DNA of 64,000 nt from an uncultured bacterium (GTDB lineage: Bacteria; Patescibacteriota; JACMRA01), in the NCBI GenBank assembly GCA_963704645.1, contig OY969926.1, positions 800,001 to 864,000 on the forward strand. The letters run 5' to 3'. The notes under the pieces are model-generated. The model was not told where the DNA came from. It was given only the letters and a program-made list of their open reading frames with translations, and ran no database searches. Of the stretch, positions 19,258 to 29,287 are shown one piece after another; within the stretch, counting starts at the first letter, position 1, and each line of letters starts with the position of its first letter. The position numbers and the translations under genes were made by a program.

Positions 19258-19593
19258 TTGACTATTAAAATCTACGGTTTGCTAGCAGTTGAACAACAAC
19301 TTAGCCTTTTAGATTTGGGAGTTCCAAACTTCCCCTTCCCTCCGTACCTAGCAAGAATAACTGTTCTCCCAGAGAATATACGATATTCTTCACCTTGGTT
19401 TGACAAATGTACTAGAAATGGTGACGGAAGCCTTCCAATTTTCACAATTGTAAACCTTAATAGGTACACGGCTGACTGGTGTGGAAATTATGTTATAGCT
19501 ACGGTAGAATATAGACAAATTACTCCGTATATGGAAGGTCCAGGTTTTATATCAAGAGCGATTGCTGATCCAAATCTTTCACCTTGGACATAA
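19258..19593 (+). CDS. Small orphan protein
   Basis: 111 aa, TTG start, AAGG upstream. Confidence 0.7.
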   Translation: MTIKIYGLLAVEQQLSLLDLGVPNFPFPPYLARITVLPENIRYSSPWFDKCTRNGDGSLPIFTIVNLNRYTADWCGNYVIATVEYRQITPYMEGPGFISRAIADPNLSPWT

Positions 19594-19664
19594 TAATTTC
19601 TCAACAACAAACCCCTCCAACCGGAGGGAATTTATTTTGGGTGGAGAATATTAATTTTTTTAAC

Positions 19665-20156
19665 TTATTTTTTTCTTCCAAGTCTTGCAGCTAAGTGAGC
19701 GAATGCTTTGTTTCCAGCGGCTGTTTGGTGAACAGAGTTACGTTTGGCAACTGCTACACCTTCGCTGTTAAAAGATTCCTTTAAAACTTGTTTAAGTTTT
19801 TGACTCATTGGCCTGCCTTTCATTTTTCTGGCCGCATCGGTAATCCAAGTTAAAGCCAATCTTAAACCTCTGGCTTCGTATGGTTCCATTGGAACTTGGT
19901 AGTTGGCTCCTCCAACACGAACGCTTTTAACTTCAATTGTAGGTCTAACGTTGTTAACTGCAGTTTCTAGTAATTCTAAAGGTGCAACTTGTAATTCTTC
20001 ACTAGCTGAATTTAAAGCTTGCGTAACAATTTTTGAAGCAACAGTTTTTTTACCATCCCACATAATTCTGTTAATTAATCTGGAAACTAAAATGCTGTGA
20101 AATGTACTATCTGGTGAAATAGTAGGTCTTTTTAATACTCGGGCGCGTCTGGACAT
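19665..20156 (-). CDS. rpsG: 30S ribosomal protein S7
   Basis: MSRR..., LINRIM.DGKK.VA, EVKS.RVGGANYQVP and NKAFAH motifs. Confidence 0.97.
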   Translation of the reverse strand: MSRRARVLKRPTISPDSTFHSILVSRLINRIMWDGKKTVASKIVTQALNSASEELQVAPLELLETAVNNVRPTIEVKSVRVGGANYQVPMEPYEARGLRLALTWITDAARKMKGRPMSQKLKQVLKESFNSEGVAVAKRNSVHQTAAGNKAFAHLAARLGRKK

Positions 20157-20282
20157 GTGATATATTTGTTATTAATTGGTGAAGGAACATAGAAAAATTG
20201 TCAACTTTAGCTTCAAATTTCTAAATTAAAGTTAAAAGTAGGTTGCTAAAACCACATAAATAGTTCTTAAGTAAAATTAATT

Positions 20283-20726
20283 ATGGAAAAAAATCTAAAT
20301 GTTGAAATTAAACAACTAACTAAATTTGAAGAGGTGCTGGACTTTGAAGAATTAATAAAAGAATTGCTAGAACATTCTGATCAGGGTAAAATATCTAGTT
20401 CGTTTAATACTCTTAAGATTCAGGGGGTAGAATTTATTGGTGTTTACTTAAAAAATATTCCCGTAGGTTTCGCTCAATATATTATCACTACCAATTTGGA
20501 AAATTACAAGCAGTTACGTTTAGATGAAATAGTTGTTAGCTCACAATTTCGTGGTAGTGGTGTTGGTAAATTCATAATGACTCATTTAGAAAAAATAGCT
20601 AAAAAAAATGACTGTCGAGTAATGTTTTTGGCAACTAGTATTAGAAATTCTAAAGCACAGAAATTCTACTTAAATTTAGGGTTTGCAGTCGGATCCTTTT
20701 ATATGTATAAACAACTTATCAATTAA
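20283..20726 (+). CDS. GNAT N-acetyltransferase
   Basis: V...FRGSGVG acetyl-CoA motif; N..A.KFY..LGF. Confidence 0.9.
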   Translation: MEKNLNVEIKQLTKFEEVLDFEELIKELLEHSDQGKISSSFNTLKIQGVEFIGVYLKNIPVGFAQYIITTNLENYKQLRLDEIVVSSQFRGSGVGKFIMTHLEKIAKKNDCRVMFLATSIRNSKAQKFYLNLGFAVGSFYMYKQLIN

Positions 20727-20733
20727 TATTTTT

Positions 20734-22698
20734 TTATTTTGGTAATTCAAAAACGTCTTCGTTGGAGATATTGTATTCTTTGCTGTAGTTAAAAGACTTG
20801 GCTTCGTGCTTGGCTTCAACTTCTTTACGTGCAGTTTTTAAGGCTGAAAGTTTGCCCGCTAAGTTAACGTTTTTAATAGGTGCTGTTACAGAATCGGCTA
20901 GGTTGTTAATATTCTGAATTTTTAGGTTATCATTTTTAATATTAGTTTTTTCTGAGTTATTTTGAATAAATTCAGTTTTGTTGGTTTTAATTGGTCCAGT
21001 ATTATTTCCATTACTTTCTCTTGTACCAGCATCTAAATATGGGTTGAATTTCTTTTTTCTAGGCTTAAATTCTTCACCAGAATTCTGATTGTTTTGAAAG
21101 TTGTCGTTTATATTCTGACCTTCTTTAAAGTTTCTCGGTTTATACTCCCTTTGGTTGTTTTGAGAAAAATTATCTCTGTTTTGATTGTTATTGTATGGTC
21201 TGTCTCCATTATTATATCCCCCATTAGAATTTCCGCGGTTATAATTGTTTTGACCAGCATATCCACCTTGTCCTCCAGAATAATTTCCTGTATTTGGTCT
21301 GTAATTTTGTCCGCCAGAAAAGCCTTCTTTGCTTCCTAATTGCTCTTCTTCTATTCCAAATTCTTTTTCTAACCATTCGTTAATAATTTTCTTTACCTCA
21401 ACTTTTGGTTTACCATAAATTTGCCTAGAAAGCTCTGTAACAATTTGTAATCTTCCACCAACCTTACTAAAAATATCTGCCATTGTGTTGGCTAAAAACG
21501 GAGCTGGAGCTTTACCTTCAATTAATAACTTTAAAGCCACTTGGGTTTTGTTAAGCGAAATTAATTGTTGGGAAGTAAATACTGGTTCAAATTCCTTTTC
21601 AATTCTGTAAGCATCATCAGAGCCAATTCTGAAGGCTATCATGGTTCCAACGTTTCCAAACACAGCATTACGTACTTTTTCGTTGCCGCTTTCGGTTAAT
21701 TGGGAAATATATTGATGAGCTAAAATTAAACTTAAACGATATTTTCTAGCTTCAGATAAAATTGTAGCAAAACTATCGGTGGTAAAGTTTTGGAACTCAT
21801 CTACGTATAAATAAAAATCTTTTCTATCTTCTTCGTTAGGAATATCTACTCTACTCATGGCGGCTAGCTGAATTTTGGTAATGAGCAAACTTCCAAGTAA
21901 GCTGGAATTGTCTTCCCCAAGTCTACCTTTAGACAAATTAACTATTAAAATTTTCCTGTTATCCATTATATCTCTAAGGTCGAAAGTGCTTTTTTCTTGG
22001 CCTAAAATGTTCCTAATTAAATCGGAAGAGAAAAACTGACCAATTTTATTTAATACAGGAGCAATGGCTTCGGTTCTATATTTATCGTTAAAACTGGCAA
22101 ATTCCTTAACCCAAAAGTTCTTCACCATGGGGTCTTTAACATTGCCTACAATATAGCTTCTAAATTCCTTGTCGGTAAGCATTCTTACAACACCCAGCAA
22201 AGTATTACCAGGAGTTTCTAATAAAGCTAGTAAAGTATTGTTCAAAATATATTCCATTCTAGCAGACCAAGTTCCAGCCCAAATTCTGTTAAAAACGGCC
22301 ATCATTCCAGAGGCAATTAAAAAGTGTTCTTCCCCGTGATTGGCTTCTAACATGTTAAAACCTAGCGGAAAATCGGTGTCTGACGGGTTGAAATATATTA
22401 CATCGTTTTGTCTGTGAGCAGGAATTCTGTCTAAAACATATTCGGCTAAATCTCCGTGCGGGTCCATAACACAGGCACCGTAGCCGTTGTAAATATCTTG
22501 CAAAATCATGTTTTCAAGCAGGGTGGTTTTACCCATACCAGTTTTACCCAAAATGTAGACATGCCTTCTTCTATCATCTTTTAAAATTCCAAAAGTTTTA
22601 GTTTGCCCGCGAACATTTGCTGTTCCAAAATAACACAAATCTGGACGAAGACTTAAGGAAAGTGGGCTGGTTGGGGCTTCAGGAGCAGTTTGATTCAT
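20734..22698 (-). CDS. VirD4/TrwB-like (T4SS DNA-binding domain, DUF87) ATPase with low-complexity C-terminal tail
   Basis: RRRH.YILGKTGMGKT, DPHGD, LYVDEFQNF, SEARKY and AHQY motifs; N/G/Q-rich tail. Confidence 0.88.
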   Translation of the reverse strand: MNQTAPEAPTSPLSLSLRPDLCYFGTANVRGQTKTFGILKDDRRRHVYILGKTGMGKTTLLENMILQDIYNGYGACVMDPHGDLAEYVLDRIPAHRQNDVIYFNPSDTDFPLGFNMLEANHGEEHFLIASGMMAVFNRIWAGTWSARMEYILNNTLLALLETPGNTLLGVVRMLTDKEFRSYIVGNVKDPMVKNFWVKEFASFNDKYRTEAIAPVLNKIGQFFSSDLIRNILGQEKSTFDLRDIMDNRKILIVNLSKGRLGEDNSSLLGSLLITKIQLAAMSRVDIPNEEDRKDFYLYVDEFQNFTTDSFATILSEARKYRLSLILAHQYISQLTESGNEKVRNAVFGNVGTMIAFRIGSDDAYRIEKEFEPVFTSQQLISLNKTQVALKLLIEGKAPAPFLANTMADIFSKVGGRLQIVTELSRQIYGKPKVEVKKIINEWLEKEFGIEEEQLGSKEGFSGGQNYRPNTGNYSGGQGGYAGQNNYNRGNSNGGYNNGDRPYNNNQNRDNFSQNNQREYKPRNFKEGQNINDNFQNNQNSGEEFKPRKKKFNPYLDAGTRESNGNNTGPIKTNKTEFIQNNSEKTNIKNDNLKIQNINNLADSVTAPIKNVNLAGKLSALKTARKEVEAKHEAKSFNYSKEYNISNEDVFELPK

Positions 22699-22850
22699 AA
22701 AAATATAACCAATTTTCCTTAATTTTACGGCTTTTTATGCCCTTTGTCAAGGTGGAGTGTAAGGTGATTAAGAAGTAAGGCTCGCTGTTTACAATACTTG
22801 AAAAAAGTGTTTTGATTGAGGGGGTAAAAGTACTATTGAAAGGTAATTAA

Positions 22851-23120
22851 ATGGAAGCTAAATTGGCCATGCTAATTTATGAATCCGATTCTAAATTGGG
22901 GTCAAACGATCATATAGGGCAAATTCCCTCTAACGAGACTGATGCTGTAAATATTATTGAGCATACTGCTAGAATTGGACAAGGCGAAGTTGTGTTAAAA
23001 TGTGGAACTACATTAAAATATCATTCCATGAAATCGTTTTTGAATATAACTCCTAATTTAATAACTCACAGGCTTATTTTGTTGCATAATGCTGACAATC
23101 CAAGTTGGACAGTTTACTAG
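22851..23120 (+). CDS. Small orphan protein
   Basis: 89 aa, AAGG SD, followed by a duplicated terminator block. Confidence 0.7.
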   Translation: MEAKLAMLIYESDSKLGSNDHIGQIPSNETDAVNIIEHTARIGQGEVVLKCGTTLKYHSMKSFLNITPNLITHRLILLHNADNPSWTVY

Positions 23121-23126
23121 ATTATG

Positions 23127-23627
23127 CTAACGGTTTTGCACTATGCAGGCCGTTATTTTTTTGGGAAGTTTTAGGGCGAGGTTGATTTTTTAAATTCGAA
23201 TTTATTATGTTTACAAGGTTTGTAAAGTGTGTAACTTGTGAGTTGGTAATGATTTGAAATTAGTTAAATAAGGTAAATCACAGCATGAGTGCACAAATAC
23301 ATATTTTTAGTTCAAAAGAAAACAAACTGCCAACTCGATCGTACGAGTTAAACTTACAACTGGGTGAAAATGAGGAGGACGCTATTAAGAATTTGAACGG
23401 TTCCAGATTCCACAATGGATCTCCAAGTGATGAGATTTGGTTTTGGGAAACTGTTAAAGATGCTGGTGGTAATAATATCCATAAGTTTATTATTTTCTCA
23501 GCACCGCTAGCGATGCCTCCGGATCATCTTACTCTATTTTAATAATCTATTGCTTGAATATTACTAACGGTTTTGCACTACGCAGACCGTTAATTTTTTT
23601 TGGGAAATCTCAGAGAAAAAGTTGACC
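23127..23627 (+). repeat. Duplicated terminator plus downstream flank (23127-23185 and 23564-23627)
   Basis: CTAACGGTTTTGCACTA(T/C)GCAG(G/A)CCGTTA-T-run-GGGAA...GTTGA occurs twice. Confidence 0.88.
23285..23542 (+). CDS. Small orphan protein
   Basis: 85 aa; possibly a distant paralog of 22851 (NE.DA motif, similar length). Confidence 0.7.
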   Translation: MSAQIHIFSSKENKLPTRSYELNLQLGENEEDAIKNLNGSRFHNGSPSDEIWFWETVKDAGGNNIHKFIIFSAPLAMPPDHLTLF

Positions 23628-23693
23628 TTTTATTTAAAATAGTTTAACTTTTAAATTATTAATCAGCAAATTTGGTTAAAATCAATATTTTTT

Positions 23694-23960
23694 ATGCAAA
23701 GCATTTCCTCTAAAAATTTACGTTTGAACTTGGGTAAAATACTTCAATTGGTAGCAAATGGTAATGAATACGAAATTACTTTTCAAAAGAAAGTTGTGGG
23801 TAAAATTGTTCCTGTAAATTCTAATGTAAAATCTGGTAAAAAAATGGTTCAGTTTTTGGAATCGGAAAAATTTGCAAGTCAGAAAATTCCTGAAAAGTTA
23901 AAAAATTATTCAAATTTCAAAGATTTTCACAAAGAAAATTATAGTAAATATGATAATTAA
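23694..23960 (+). CDS. Phd/YefM-family antitoxin
   Basis: IS...LR.NL..IL..V..G....IT.....V..IVP pattern; overlaps a PIN gene. Confidence 0.85.
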   Translation: MQSISSKNLRLNLGKILQLVANGNEYEITFQKKVVGKIVPVNSNVKSGKKMVQFLESEKFASQKIPEKLKNYSNFKDFHKENYSKYDN

Positions 23961-24366
23961 AGATTATACGGAAGAAGAGAATGAAGTTATGAAAGAAAGT
24001 ATTTTGTTAGATGCAAGTGCATTGTTAGAATTATATTTACGAAGACCTAAAAGCTTAGAAATTCATAATATTTTAAAAGAATTTGAGGAAGTTAACATTA
24101 CTTTAATTTCAGTGGGAGTTCTTTTTTATTACGCTGAAAAGGAAAAGCTAGATATACAAATTGCTGAATTTTTAGTGGAAACTTGTAACATTTTAACTAT
24201 GTCTGAATCTACCTACAAAATGGCTAAGCAAATTTATAATAAGAAAGATTTGGAAGATGCTTTGCAAATTGCTTGTGCGAAGGAAAACAACATTGAAACA
24301 GTCTTAACTTTAGATAAGCAAATGGCTAAAAAATATGGTGAGATTGTGAATATTGTTTTGGTTTGA
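23950..24366 (+). CDS. PIN-domain (VapC-like) toxin
   Basis: LLDAS, DLEDALQIACA and LTLD motifs. Confidence 0.87.
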   Translation: MIIKDYTEEENEVMKESILLDASALLELYLRRPKSLEIHNILKEFEEVNITLISVGVLFYYAEKEKLDIQIAEFLVETCNILTMSESTYKMAKQIYNKKDLEDALQIACAKENNIETVLTLDKQMAKKYGEIVNIVLV

Positions 24367-24404
24367 TGTTGGGCTTCGTTTAGACTAGAAATGGTAATTA
24401 GGCA

Positions 24405-24546
24405 TTGCGGCAACTACCCCGAAACCTTTGGTTTCACCCCTAGATAGGGGTACTTTTGCTTTGGTTTAACTTAAGTTTACACTTCTTGTGACTTGTTTCA
24501 TTGATTGAATTTCAAAATGGGTGGGCGACGCGGGGATTGCACCTAC
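24405..24546. repeat. Intergenic REP-like elements (double-hairpin type at 24405-24457; GTAG type at 24523-24546)
   Basis: GAAACC-TTT-GGTTTC and ACCCCTA-GA-TAGGGGT hairpins, related to 11627, 49836 and 51877; minus strand GTAGGTGCAATCCCCGCGTCGCCC. Confidence 0.75.
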
Positions 24547-24567
24547 GGAATTTTTCCTAATAATTTG

Positions 24568-25452
24568 CTACTTTAAAAAAATTTTAATTTCTTCTAGAAC
24601 TTCTTTTTCGGCTTGAATGTGAATTGCGTGTCTGGCGTTTTCAATAACGATTAGCTGGGAGTTAGCTAGTTTTGAATGAATAACTTTGGCTTGCCATAAT
24701 GGGGTTTGAACGTCTTGTTTTCCCCATAAAATTAAAGTTTTGTTAGGCACATTTTCTAGTAAATTAGTGTAATCTTCTTTAATAACTTTTAGGAAAATTT
24801 TAGCCATAATGTTGTTTGAATCTTGGCTTGAATTTAAATAATCGGTTGAACCATAAAATTTATAAACTATTTTGCGAAGTTTTTTATAAACAGACTCAAG
24901 TTTTAAAGAAAGTAGTATGTGCTTGGAAAGACTGAAAATATTTTGGATATTATTTTTAATAAAGCTTGTTGCGGGGCGGACAATTGCGGGCGATAACAGA
25001 ATAAGTTGAGGTTCACAATCAGGTTTTAGATCTCCGTTTGAAACTAATGAATTATCGACTGAATCACTTTCAAGCTTTAATAAGTACTCAGATGAAAATT
25101 GATGCAAATAGTGAACAGCAATAGCTCCACCAAAAGAATGAGCTAAAATTATATCTGGTTGAACTTCAAATTTATCTAAAAAGACTTTAATAAAACTTGC
25201 GTATTCTGCAGCTCCCCAAATTTCATTCGGCTGCTCAGATTTTCCAAAGCCGGGTAGGTCTAAACTCCAAATTTCATAATTGGGCATTTGCCCAGCTAGT
25301 TTGTCTAAAAAGCTTTGCCAATTTTCTGTTCCTTTGGTTGCCCAGCCGTGTAGAACCAATACAGTTTTAGATTTTTCACTGTTTCTTTTTTGGAAAAAAA
25401 TTTCTAGATCCTGAAGATTTATTTTTTGAAATAGAGGTTGATGCAGGGGCAT
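24568..25452 (-). CDS. Alpha/beta hydrolase
   Basis: VLHGW, DLPGFGKS, AHSFGG nucleophile elbow, WG..D and catalytic H. Confidence 0.92.
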   Translation of the reverse strand: MPLHQPLFQKINLQDLEIFFQKRNSEKSKTVLVLHGWATKGTENWQSFLDKLAGQMPNYEIWSLDLPGFGKSEQPNEIWGAAEYASFIKVFLDKFEVQPDIILAHSFGGAIAVHYLHQFSSEYLLKLESDSVDNSLVSNGDLKPDCEPQLILLSPAIVRPATSFIKNNIQNIFSLSKHILLSLKLESVYKKLRKIVYKFYGSTDYLNSSQDSNNIMAKIFLKVIKEDYTNLLENVPNKTLILWGKQDVQTPLWQAKVIHSKLANSQLIVIENARHAIHIQAEKEVLEEIKIFLK

Positions 25453-25483
25453 GGTTTGATTATGATTGAATTTTTAAAATAGA

Positions 25484-25564
25484 TGGCTCGTAAACTTCGC
25501 CGCTACGAAATGCATTAATTCTTAAAATTGGCGGTGGGTGTGGCGACGCGGTGGTCGCCGCTAC
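25484..25564 (-). repeat. Pair of GTAG-type REP-like palindromes
   Basis: Minus strand GTAGCGGCGAAGTTTACGAGCC and GTAGCGGCGACCACCGCGTCGCC. Confidence 0.8.
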
Positions 25565-25626
25565 ATGTTAAATTTAAACTGAAAATTTGTTTTGACAAGA
25601 TGGGGGTTCAAAATCATAACCTAAGT

Positions 25627-27054
25627 ATGAATCAAGTTGCTACTAGAACCAAAGAAAGAAACTCTAATTATAGAAATGATGGCAAAGAAAGTAATGCAAA
25701 CATGCTGGGAATTATTCCAAAAGATATTGAAGCAGAGCAGTCTATATTAGGTTCTATTTTGTTAAATGCCAAAATTTTGGATGAGGTGGCAGATTTGTTA
25801 AAAGCAGAGTTTTTTTTGGAACCTTTGAATGCAATTTTATACAAGTTATTCTTGGAATTGTGGCAAAACCAAAGACCAATTGATATTTTGTTTATTTTAG
25901 ATGCTTTAAAGGGGAAGGAAGTTGATATAGATAAAGACTATTTGTTGGAATTAATTTCTAAATCTTCTTTGTCTTCAACCCCAATTGAAACAGCTAAAAT
26001 TTTAAAGGAAAAGTATATTTTACGTTCTATAATGCAAGTTGCCGACAAATTAAAGTTGGAAGCTGGAAACGAAAATGACAAAGCTGATGAAATTTTAGAT
26101 GCAGCACAACGCCAACTATACGAAGTTTCTTTGGCTAACGTTGATAAAAATTTTGTGTCTATTAACGAGGTTTTGGTAGAAAGTTTTGAAAGAATAAGCC
26201 ATTTATACAACAATAAAGTAGATTTTCGTGGTATTCCAACAGGTTTCACCGATTTAGACGGAATTTTAGGTGGTTTACACTCTTCAGATTTAATTATTTT
26301 AGCGGCCAGACCTTCTATGGGTAAAACCTCACTTTCTTTGGAAATAGTTAAAAGAATAGCTTTAATGCAGAAAGTTGGAGTTGCTTTTTTCAGTTTGGAA
26401 ATGAGTAGAGATCAATTGTGCGATAAGTTTATTTCTTCTGTATCTGGAATTAGTTTGGGTAAAATTAGAACCGGACATTTATCAGATGACCCAGCAGATA
26501 ACGAATTTACAAGGCTGGGTTCAGCTATTGGACAATTAGATCAGGCTCCTATTTGGATTGATGATTCTGGTAGTTTGAACATTTTGGAACTTAGAACTAA
26601 GGCAAGACGTTTAAAATCTAGGCACAATGTTGGTTTAATTATTATAGACTACCTTCAACTTATGAGTGGAAAAGGTGATAAGTTTTACAACGGTAACCGT
26701 GTGCAAGAGGTTTCAGATATTTCCCGTGGTTTAAAAATGTTGTCTAAAGAACTGCAAATTCCAATTGTGGCTTTGTCCCAACTTTCACGTAGCGTAGAGG
26801 GTAGGGAAGACAAACGCCCAATGCTATCCGATCTTCGTGAATCTGGATCTATTGAGCAAGATGCCGATATTGTTATGTTCATTCACCGTGATGAAATGTA
26901 CAATAAAGAGTCTAAGAAAAAGGGCATTGCGGAAATATTAATTGCCAAACACAGAAACGGAGAAACTGGAACGGTAGAATTGGCTTGGGTTCACAAATTG
27001 GCCACTTTTGATAATTTAGCAGGGGCAAGAACTTCGGGTAGGGTGAATGAATAG
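25627..27054 (+). CDS. dnaB: Replicative DNA helicase
   Basis: AEQSILG, LAARPSMGKT, FSLEMS, IDYLQL, SQLSR and SDLRESGSIEQDAD motifs. The ORF-track 5' extension reads through a REP, so ATG 25627 is preferred. Confidence 0.97.
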   Translation: MNQVATRTKERNSNYRNDGKESNANMLGIIPKDIEAEQSILGSILLNAKILDEVADLLKAEFFLEPLNAILYKLFLELWQNQRPIDILFILDALKGKEVDIDKDYLLELISKSSLSSTPIETAKILKEKYILRSIMQVADKLKLEAGNENDKADEILDAAQRQLYEVSLANVDKNFVSINEVLVESFERISHLYNNKVDFRGIPTGFTDLDGILGGLHSSDLIILAARPSMGKTSLSLEIVKRIALMQKVGVAFFSLEMSRDQLCDKFISSVSGISLGKIRTGHLSDDPADNEFTRLGSAIGQLDQAPIWIDDSGSLNILELRTKARRLKSRHNVGLIIIDYLQLMSGKGDKFYNGNRVQEVSDISRGLKMLSKELQIPIVALSQLSRSVEGREDKRPMLSDLRESGSIEQDADIVMFIHRDEMYNKESKKKGIAEILIAKHRNGETGTVELAWVHKLATFDNLAGARTSGRVNE

Positions 27055-27247
27055 TTTATAATCTATTAAATATATTCTTACAGCAAAGAAAGTTATAAAG
27101 CCAGCTCTCGATCTAGACTTTTTCTTAGTCAATATTTTGAGAAGTCGTTGTCGCCAAATAAAACTTCATATCAATATAAATTATTTACAAACTTTAAAAT
27201 TTGCTTTTAGCTTCAATTGTTCTTTAACACTACTTTTATGAGGTTAA

Positions 27248-27739
27248 ATGTTAACACATAGATATGACATTACACTAGGTTGTTTATTACCTGGAATTTT
27301 AATTGAGGAAAACAAGAAGGGAGAGCTGGGTATAGTAGTTGGAAATTCTTTTGTTAGATTTGCCGAAGGATTTAATCCCGAGTTGGACGATGATGGCTTA
27401 CTTTTGGAGTGTGGGATTTTTAAACCCCAAAAGGGTAGGAACGAGAATGAATACTTTCTAACAGAAGTTTCTGCCGGTAATCTTTGTGGAGAATTGAAAT
27501 GTGCTTTGATTTATCTAAATACTTTTACAACACATGAATCAAACGACAATGGTTCGATTTCAGGCCAATCTGATGCACCAAGACCAAGGGTTATTGCATC
27601 TGGCCACCCTTCAACAAAAAATTACTCTGTAGCAAGTTTGATTGTCCTACCAAATAATTCTTCGTTAGAATTTTGCATACAACTAGAAAATGTGGTTCAA
27701 AGAATTTATAATGATAATGGAATTATTATTCTTTCTTAG
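27248..27739 (+). CDS. Small orphan protein
   Basis: 163 aa, GAGG SD, TTTACAAA motif upstream. Confidence 0.72.
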   Translation: MLTHRYDITLGCLLPGILIEENKKGELGIVVGNSFVRFAEGFNPELDDDGLLLECGIFKPQKGRNENEYFLTEVSAGNLCGELKCALIYLNTFTTHESNDNGSISGQSDAPRPRVIASGHPSTKNYSVASLIVLPNNSSLEFCIQLENVVQRIYNDNGIIILS

Positions 27740-27892
27740 AACAACTAATTCTGTTGATTTATTTTCACTCTGTATTTATACATGGTTTTTTGTTTCCAAA
27801 TTTTATAAGGTTTTGACCTTAAGCATAATATAGACTAAACTGTGAGCATATATAACTAGCTTACTAGTTTTGCAAACAAATAATAAAACAAA

Positions 27893-29197
27893 GTGCCTGA
27901 GCTCAACAATACTTTAGCTATAGCAAATAGTGTTAATTCAAACTCAAAACTAAATATAAAAAATATTTTGAAAGTTTATAAATTGGAAGCAATTGTCCTT
28001 GCTTGTGCAATGTTTTTCTTTTTAATAAGTTTAAGCTTTTTAGTTGCGAATAATAACACTACTTCCAAGCAGCTGCAAGATCGGCAAAACTCAGAAGTCG
28101 TTTTAACTGAAACTAAGACAAGCTCACCCAATACACCAATATCTGCAGTCGAACCAAGCCCAAGCCCTTTAAATATTCAAGATAATGAAATAAGAAAAAT
28201 ATTTCCAGATAAAAGAATTGCTTACACTTGGAGAAAAGATAATTCACAGGTAATTTATAATTCTAATGTAGATTTTTCAGACAAAAAATTGATATTGAAT
28301 ACCGAATCTAAAGGCTATATAACAGATTTAAAAATTATTGATAATGTAATATATTTTACAGGAAAGCTAGACTCTGGCTACAGCTCGCCTGTATATAATA
28401 TACCAGAACAGGTTTATAAACTTAATAAAGATGGCTCTGGCCTTACCCAATTGTCTAACATTGGTTTTGTAGATAATGATACCAAAACTTATATAGATTT
28501 AAATGCTTTGAAATTAATAACCATTCAGCAAAGTCAGGAATATACTTTTAATCAAAAAAGTTTGTACTCTAAATTATGGATATCTAACTTAGATGGTTCC
28601 AACAAACAATTAATTAGAGATAGAAATTTTGGTAGATCTTATATGGAAAATGTAGAAAGTTTTGCCATAAGTAAAAACGCTAAAAGAATTTCGTATTTGG
28701 TAAAAAGAACTAATCTTTCTTCTAGCTCTGCCGAAAACAGAATTATAACTGTAGATACGAACGGCCAAAATGCAAAAGATATTTATTCTTCTAAAGACTT
28801 AATTAAGGGGCGTGTTTTAACATATGACTCTGGCGGAAATATTCTTTATTATTATTATATTGTTGAAAAAAACAGTAGATTTGTTTCTGAAATAGTGGCT
28901 TACAATTTTACTACCGGTGAATCTAAGAATGTTGCTGTTATTCAAAAAGATGATTTGGAAGATTTCATTTTTGATTTTAAGAATGATGAGCTTTATTTCT
29001 TGGCAAATGTGTCTAATAGGGCAGTTTATTCATATAAAACAGATAGTGGCAAACTGGAGCAGGTAATAGCTAGTGGTTTCGCTAGGTCAATTCTCTTTTT
29101 CGATGAAGATTTGTCTTTAATTTATATAAATAGTGAAAATGGAGTTACACCTATTTACAACAATAATCTGTGGGGGCAGTATAACTTAAACAATTAG
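27893..29197 (+). CDS. Membrane-anchored TolB-like beta-propeller protein
   Basis: TM segment; SN.DGS repeats; paralogous to the C-terminal half of 29288. Confidence 0.8.
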   Translation: MPELNNTLAIANSVNSNSKLNIKNILKVYKLEAIVLACAMFFFLISLSFLVANNNTTSKQLQDRQNSEVVLTETKTSSPNTPISAVEPSPSPLNIQDNEIRKIFPDKRIAYTWRKDNSQVIYNSNVDFSDKKLILNTESKGYITDLKIIDNVIYFTGKLDSGYSSPVYNIPEQVYKLNKDGSGLTQLSNIGFVDNDTKTYIDLNALKLITIQQSQEYTFNQKSLYSKLWISNLDGSNKQLIRDRNFGRSYMENVESFAISKNAKRISYLVKRTNLSSSSAENRIITVDTNGQNAKDIYSSKDLIKGRVLTYDSGGNILYYYYIVEKNSRFVSEIVAYNFTTGESKNVAVIQKDDLEDFIFDFKNDELYFLANVSNRAVYSYKTDSGKLEQVIASGFARSILFFDEDLSLIYINSENGVTPIYNNNLWGQYNLNN

Positions 29198-29287
29198 TTA
29201 TTTTTATTTTCAGACTCAGCAGTTTTGTGTTTTAAAATAAGTTTTTGACATCGGCTATTTTGTATCTTAAAATAAGCACATAAATTT

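Larger units (their letters stand above)
18495..19660 (+). repeat. Two-unit tandem cassette array next to rpsG
   Basis: About 60-bp promoter/leader duplicated at 18495-18554 and 19173-19231 (one indel). CCCTCC..GGAGGGAATTT terminators at 19106 and 19613. Confidence 0.9.
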
